From positions 434,001 through 473,870 of the forward strand of contig JASTWF010000365.1 in the NCBI GenBank assembly GCA_030390025.1: a stretch of DNA of 39,870 nucleotides, read 5' to 3'. The notes beneath the pieces were generated by a model. The model was not told the origin of the DNA, did no database searches, and saw nothing but the letters and a program-made list of their open reading frames with translations. The position numbers and the translations under genes were made by a program. Positions 34,234-39,870 of this stretch are shown here, one piece after another (within the stretch, counting starts at the first letter, position 1; every line of letters starts with the position of its first letter). This DNA is from Squalus acanthias (taxonomy: Eukaryota).

Positions 34234-34884
34234 CACCCAACACATTAAAGCAGATGATTTAAGCTTTTTTTTAAAAAGAAAATGCATGTGGAATGTCTCT
34301 CTGCCTCCGCTTCCCCCTCCCCCCCGCAAACCCCCAAGTTTGAATACTTTACAGGAACATACAAGAAATAGTGATCACAAACGGTATGGTATGTTAGTGA
34401 GAATCCCTCAACTCCCCAAGAATCTTAGTTCCTTTGTTAATGTAATCTCTCCATCTTCTGATCAAATGCCTGATTGGTTTTTTTTTGAGGGGGTGGGGGC
34501 AAGAGAGAAGGTATAAATTACATCGATTTCTTTCAGATAACAACATAGATCCAGTCTATGAGTCATTTGGGGCATGACATGTGGCGATTGTAGCTTGCTC
34601 GGGAAGAACAGGTGACTTTCGACATATGGTTCCCAAAACTCTGGGTGTTTTCCTCCCCCGGTCTCGAGTCTGTTGTTGACTAATCCATAGAGATTGTTTG
34701 CTATGATTCAGCAACAAGTCCCAGTATCGATGGATCATGTGACCACCAGGATGTTAGAAGGAGAATTAGGTGGACCTTGGCCTTTTTTCAACCTAGCTAC
34801 TTCCCCAGACCCTTTCGAAAGGTTTAAGTATTTATCCATTTCCTTTTTAAAAGCTATTATAGATTCTGCTCCCATCATTCTATG

Positions 34885-35445
34885 CCAACAACAACAACTT
34901 GTATTTATACAGCGCCTTTAACGTAGTAAGACATCCCAAGGCAGCTTCACAGGAGTGTTATCAAACAATATTTGACACCGAGCCACATAAGGTGGATTAG
35001 GACAGCTTGGTCAAAGAGGTTGGTTTTAAGGAGCGTCTTAAAAGGAGAGGTGGAGAGGTTTAGGGAGGGAATTCCAGCGCTCGGGGCCCAGGCAGCTGAA
35101 GGCACGGCCACCAATGGTGGAGCGATGGAAATTGGGGGATGGACAAGAGGCCAGAGTTGGAGGAGCGCAGAGATCTCGGGGAGGTTGTGGGGCTGGAGGA
35201 GGTCACAGAGATAGGGAGGGGAGGAGGCCCTGGAGGGATTTGAAAACAAGGATGTGAATTTTGAAATCGAGGCGTTGCTGGACTGGGAGCCAATGTAGGT
35301 CAGCGAGCACAGGGGGTGATGGGTGAACGGGACTTGGTGCGAGTTAGGACACGGGGCAGCCGAGTTTCAGATGAGCTCAAGTTTATGGAGGGTGCAAGGC
35401 GGGAGAGCGTTGGTATAGTCGAGTCTGGAGGTAACAAAGGCATGA
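34885..35445 (-). mobile_element. L2-type LINE 3' fragment
   Basis: Homologous to 405-660 but longer and more diverged. Encodes FKTLLKTNLFDQA and has a (caa)n tail. Confidence 0.75.
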
Positions 35446-35519
35446 ATATATCTCAGTGTGTGTATGGTATTTATTTATGAAGCCCTTGAATTAATCTGTT
35501 AGTTATCAACCAGTGGAAA

Positions 35520-35770
35520 TAGTTCTTCCCTGGTTACTTTATCAGAACTTCTCAATTCTGACCACCATCAGATCTCCTCTGAACCTGCTCTGTTCGAATG
35601 GAGAGAGCCCCAGTTTCTCTAGTCAGTCCTCATAACTCAAGTCTCTCAAATCGCTGGACTGATCCCAGTAAATCTCTCCTACACCCTCTCCCTGGTGTGG
35701 ACAACCTCTCTCATAAGCAAAACGCCCCAAAACTAGACACAATATTCGACTGGCAACCCATCCAATACTC
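35520..35770 (-). mobile_element. Old degenerate CR1 fragment
   Basis: Minus strand encodes LEKLGLSPFEQSRFRGDLMVV, similar to CR1 LxxLGLySLExRRxRGDLI. Confidence 0.45.
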
Positions 35771-35981
35771 AGTTGATTTAAAGTTAGCTTTTAATTTAAA
35801 AAAAAAAGTTTTTCTATTTTCTTTTAACAGACATTGCTAAAATAAGCTCCATTAAAAAAGAGGGACACCAAACCCTTCACTGAGACACAAACAATGACCC
35901 CCACCAGGAGAGAGAGAGAGAAAGGGGGCATTTTAGAAACTCGATTCTCACACCCAACAAAGCAAACGCCCTTTTCACTCT

Positions 35982-36001
35982 CACACACACACACACACAC
36001 A
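35982..36001 (+). repeat. (CA)n microsatellite
   Basis: About 10 CA units. Confidence 0.8.
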
Positions 36002-36407
36002 AACAGAAAAATAAGCACACTTTTCCTTGTTGCAAGGGGAATAAACAATTAAAAAATAAGTTAAGAAATGTTTTTAAAGATTTATTTTTTAAAACAGGGA
36101 GAGCTAGATTTTCATTTCAAATGGATTCAGTTGCAGTCTTTTTTTCTACACACACATAGCCCTTCCCCTGGGGTAATGTGATCTCACCCAGTCCATGAAA
36201 CTTTAGACTATAAACAGCCCTGGATCTCCAGTGACCGATAACATGGGAGCAACTTCACTTCATCCAGAGACAGGGCTGTAACACACACAAAAACTCACAC
36301 ACACACACGGTTGTAGCAAGAGAGACAAGGTGTTCAAATCCAATATAACAACAGAAAACGCTGGAAAAACTCAGCAAGCCAGGCAGCATCCGTGGAGAGA
36401 GAAACAG

Positions 36408-36444
36408 AGTTAACGTTTCAGGTCGAAGACCTTTCATCAGAACT
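36408..36444 (-). ncRNA. Minimal type-I hammerhead ribozyme motif, sense to the receptor pre-mRNA
   Basis: Minus strand reads AGTT-CTGATGA-A-AGGTC ttc GACCT-GAAA-CGTT-AACT: intact CUGAUGA and GAAA cores, stem I AGTT/AACT, stem II AGGTC/GACCT. Confidence 0.72.
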
Positions 36445-36726
36445 GGGAAAAAAGCAGGAAATTAAATGATATTTTTTCATCCACCCTTTTGTTTGGCCCT
36501 TTTTTCTTCCCTCCCAGAAGTTGGCAGCTGTCCTTCATTCTGCCAGCACATTTCACACATCAACTAGCCTCAACCTGTCACATTACCAGCTCCTCTCGCC
36601 TTGAATATCTCTCAATCTCTCCTGCTTTCTATCCCACCACTGACCTTCCCTTTTGTTCTTTCATCCCCTCCCCCTTTTCCCAGCTTTATACTTGCTTTAA
36701 ATCTATTTCATTTCCTGCTTTTTTCC

Positions 36727-36763
36727 AGTTCTGACGAAAGGTCTTCGACCTGAAACGTTAACT
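36727..36763 (+). ncRNA. Minimal type-I hammerhead ribozyme motif, antisense to the gene
   Basis: AGTT-CTGACGA-A-AGGTC ttc GACCT-GAAA-CGTT-AACT. Confidence 0.72.
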
Positions 36764-36921
36764 CTGTTTCTCTCTCCACGGAAGCTGCCTGGCCTGCTGA
36801 GTTTTTCCAGCGTTTTCTGTTGTTATTTAGGGAAGAGCTGTGTAACTTTTTTTTAAAAAGGAGTCAGTGATGTCGCTTGAAGTTACAATGTTGCTGATTT
36901 CAGGGGGAAAGTCAGTCCTAC

Positions 36922-36979
36922 CTGCCAAGATATGAAGACAGATGATGGCGAGGAGTTCCTTGAGACTCAATGTGGCCAT
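36922..36979 (-). CDS. Exon 1 coding part: signal peptide MATLSLKELLAIICLHILA
   Basis: ATG in good Kozak context (AGCATGG), hydrophobic h-region, donor GCAG|gtagga. 58 nt gives phase 1, compatible with all three V exons. Translated by hand; too short for the ORF track. Confidence 0.85.
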
Positions 36980-37194
36980 GCTGAAATTGCCCCGCGCCTC
37001 CTGAAATTGAATAGGCGAGTCGATCGGGTTTCACTGCGGATGGGAGTCTTTCCGAAGCTTTTCCCTCTCCGCCTGATTCTTCCTCTCTCTTTCGCCCCTC
37101 TCTCTGCAATCCCAATTTAAACGAACTGCCTTTCTTTCTCTCTCTCGATACTCCAAGGGGAAAAAAAAACCTGTTCGACAGTATCGGCTGCAAC

Positions 37195-37220
37195 CCTTTA
37201 CTCCGCCTCTTTAAAGGGAG
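37195..37220 (-). promoter_or_regulatory. Possible core promoter (TTTAAA next to GC-box-like GAGGCGGAG)
   Basis: Lies ~220-240 bp upstream of the ATG; motif match only. Confidence 0.3.
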
Positions 37221-37261
37221 TGTCTCTCTCTGACGAACTGATATTTTGGAGAAAAAAATGC

Positions 37262-37276
37262 AGTGAAACTGAAAGT
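37262..37276. promoter_or_regulatory. ISRE/IRF-E-like element AGTGAAACTGAAAGT
   Basis: Matches the GAAANNGAAA IRF consensus, ~290 bp upstream of the ATG, outside recognisable repeats. Confidence 0.55.
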
Positions 37277-37323
37277 AGACTGCAATTAAAAGGGAAATGC
37301 TGAACCTAAATTAGTACCTGCAA

Positions 37324-37340
37324 AGAGAGAGAGAGAGAGA
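37324..37340 (+). repeat. (GA)n microsatellite
   Basis: About 8 AG units. Confidence 0.75.
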
Positions 37341-37497
37341 ATAATCACACAGAGAATTTGAGGTCTTGGTGCCTTCAATCGTTCATTCGAACTATAACTG
37401 GTGCTGAAATTTTAAACACTTTTCCTTTTGCAGTGTATTCCTAGTATTTTCTCTCTTTATATCCCAATTCCCCAAACTATATGCCGACACTGCTGCT

Positions 37498-39870
37498 GCC
37501 AGTACTGAGGGAGCGCCGCACTGTCGGAGGGGCAGTACTGAGGGAGCGCCGCACTGTCGGAGGGGCAGTACTGAGGGAGCGCCGCACTGTCGGAGGGGCA
37601 GTACTGAGGGAACGCCGCACTGTCGGAGGGGCAGTACTGAGGGGGCGCCGCACTGTCGGAGGGGCAGTACTGAGGGAGCGCCGCACTGTCGGAGGGGCAG
37701 TACTGAGGGAGCGATGCACTGTCGGAGGGGCAGTACTGAGGGAGCGCCGCACTGTCGGGGGGCAGTACTGAGGGAGCGCCGCACTGTCGGAGGGGCAGTA
37801 CTGAAGGAGTGCCACACTGTCAGAGGGGCAGTACTGAGGGAGCGCCACACTGTCGGAGGGGCAGTACTGTGGGAGCGCTGCACTGTCAGAGGGGCTGTAC
37901 TGAGGGAGAACTGCACTGTCGGAGGGGCAGCACTGAGGGAGCGCTGCACTGTTGGAGGGGCTGTACTGAGGGAGTGCTGCACTGTCGGAGTGGGGGCAGT
38001 ACTGAGGGAGTGCTGCACTGTCGGTGGTGCAGTACTGAGGGAGCACCGCACTGTCAGAGGGGCTGTACTGAGGGAAAGCTGCACTGTCGGAGGGTCAGTC
38101 CTGAGGGAGCGTCGCACTGTCGGAGGTGCAGTACTGAGGGAGCGCCGCACTGTCGGAGGGGCAGTACTGAGGGAACGCCGCACTGTCAGAGGGGCTGCAC
38201 TGAGGGAGCGCCGCGCTGTCGGAGGGTCAGTACTGAGGGAGCGCCGCACTGTCGGGGGGTCAGTACTGAGGGAGTGCCGCACTGTCGGAGGGGCAGTGTT
38301 GAGGGAGCGCCGCACTGTTGGAGGGGCGGTTCTGAGGGAGCGTTGCACTGTCGGAGGGGCAGTACTGAGGAAGCGCCGCACTGTCGGAGGGGCAGTACTG
38401 AGGGAGCGCCGCACTGTCAGAGGGGCTGTAATGAGGGAGAACTGCACTGTCGGAGGGGAAGTACTGAGGGAGCGCTGCACTGTTGGAGGGGCAGTACTGA
38501 GGGAGAGCTGCACTGTCGGAGGGGCTGTACTGAGGGAGCGCTGCACTGTCGGAGGGGCTGTGCTGAGGGAGCACTGCACTGTCGGAGGGTCAGTCCTGAG
38601 GGAGCGCTGCACTGTCGGAGGGGCAGTACTGAGGGAGCGCTGCACTGTCGGAGTGGCAGTACAGAGGGAGCGCTGCAGTGTCTGAGGGGCAGTACTGAGG
38701 GAGCGCCGCACTGTCGGAGGGGCAGTACTGAGGGAGCGCCGCACTGTCGGAGGGGCAGTACTGAGGGAGCGCCGCACTGTCGGAGGGGCAGGACTGAGGG
38801 AGTGTAGCACTGTTAGAGGAACAGTACTGTGGGAGCGCCACACTGTCGGAGGGGCAGGACTGAGGGAGTGTAGCACTGTTAGAGGAACAGTACTGTGGGA
38901 GCGCCGCACTGTCGGAGGGGCAGTACTGAGGGAGCGCCGCACTGTCGGAGGGGCAGGACTGAGGGAGTGTAGCACTGTTAGAGGAACAGTACTGAGGGAG
39001 CGCCGCACTGTCGGAGGGGCAGTGCTGAGGGAGCGCCGCCCTGTCGGAGGGGCAGTACTGAGGGAGCACCGCACCGTCGGAGGGGCGGTATTGAGGAAGT
39101 GTTGCACTGTCGGAAGGGCAGTACAGAGGGAGCGCTGCACTGTCGGAGTGGCAGTACAGAGGGAGCGCTGCAGTGTCTGAGGGGAATTACTGAGGGGGCG
39201 CTGCACTGTTGGAGGGGCAGTACTGAGGGAGCGCCGCACTGTTGGAGGGACGGTACTGAGGGAGCGCCGCACTGTCGGAGGGCCAGTACTGAGGGAGCGC
39301 TGCACTGTCGAAGGGGCAGTACTGAGGGAGCGCCGCACTGTCGGAGGGGCAGTACTGAGGGAGCGCCGCACTGTAGGAGGGGCAGTACTGAGGCAGCGCC
39401 GCACTGTCGGAGGGGCAGTATTGAGGGAGTGCTGCCATGTCAGAGGGGCAGTACTGAGAGAGCACCGCACTCTCGGAGGGGCAGTACTGAGGGAGTGCAG
39501 CACTGTCAGAGGGGCGGTACTGAGGGAGCGCTGCACTGTCGGAGGGGCAGTACTGAGGGAGCGCTGCACTATCAGAGGGGCGGTACTGAGGGAGCGCTGC
39601 ACTGTCGGAGGGGCGGTACTGAGGGAGTGCTGCACTGTCAGAGGGGCAGTACTGAGGGAGCGCCTCAATGTCGGAGGGGCAGTACTGAGGGAGTGCTGCA
39701 CTGTCGGAGGGGCAGTACTGAGTGAGTGCCGCACTGTCGGAGGGGTGGTACTGAGGGAGCGCCGCACTGTCGGAGGGGCGGTACTGAGGGAGCGCAGCAC
39801 TGTCGGAGGTGCAGTACTGAGGGAGCGCTGCACTGTCGGAGGGGCAGTACTGAGGGAGCGCTGCACTGTC
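37498..39870 (-). repeat. 33-bp minisatellite (>=72 copies, runs off the window), inverted relative to 33203-34123
   Basis: + strand unit AGTACTGAGGGAGCGCCGCACTGTCGGAGGGGC is the reverse complement of the SINE-internal unit. No tRNA head is visible on the left flank. Confidence 0.97.

Larger units (their letters stand above)
36345..36826. mobile_element. Non-autonomous Penelope-like fold-back element with ~117-bp inverted arms (36345-36462 / 36710-36826)
   Basis: The arms are reverse complements with few mismatches, and each contains a hammerhead core. Inverted pseudo-LTRs with minimal hammerheads are typical of Penelope-like elements. Confidence 0.75.

Noticed and set aside
34500-35160. Similarity to 130-660 (old CR1-like piece followed by L2) as an older segmental duplication
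   Set aside because: Spacing and L2 lengths differ and the similarity is confined to repeat families, so independent insertions suffice.
27762-36979. Assigning a specific gene symbol (NECTIN1-4, PVR, TIGIT, CD96)
   Set aside because: Family motifs are clear, but orthology cannot be determined without phylogeny or synteny, and the cytoplasmic tail is lost in the gap.
37392-39866. 824-aa mucin-like ORF and overlapping ORFs
   Set aside because: Same 33-bp repeat artefact; no splice or domain evidence.

Overview
Eukaryotic (vertebrate) DNA. The repeat content (CR1 and L2 LINEs, a Deu-domain tRNA SINE carrying a 33-bp minisatellite, Penelope-type hammerhead elements) points to a cartilaginous fish; this is an inference. 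The minus strand carries a spliced nectin/PVR-like Ig-superfamily receptor gene that the ORF track only partly shows. Its exons are: signal peptide (36922-36979), IgV (31597-31947), IgC2 (29398-29691), a second near-identical IgV (27762-28112), transmembrane (26178-26297) and a probable cytoplasmic exon running into a 650-N gap. All introns are GT-AG and phase 1, predicting an atypical V-C2-V-TM ectodomain rather than the nectin V-C2-C2. Beyond the gap and a ~21-kb array of a 17-bp repeat lies a paralogous block with another IgV (3581-3931) and IgC2 (694-987) exon, and it probably continues past the window edge. Differences between the V copies fall in the PVR-family lock (AX6G) and key (T[F/Y]P) motifs. 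The locus also records LINE-bounded exon duplication, an inversion between inverted LINE copies, the single-copy seed of the satellite, three minimal hammerhead-ribozyme motifs in intron 1, and an ISRE-like element upstream of exon 1. There are no CRISPR arrays or rRNA/tRNA genes; the long repetitive ORFs are minisatellite artefacts.
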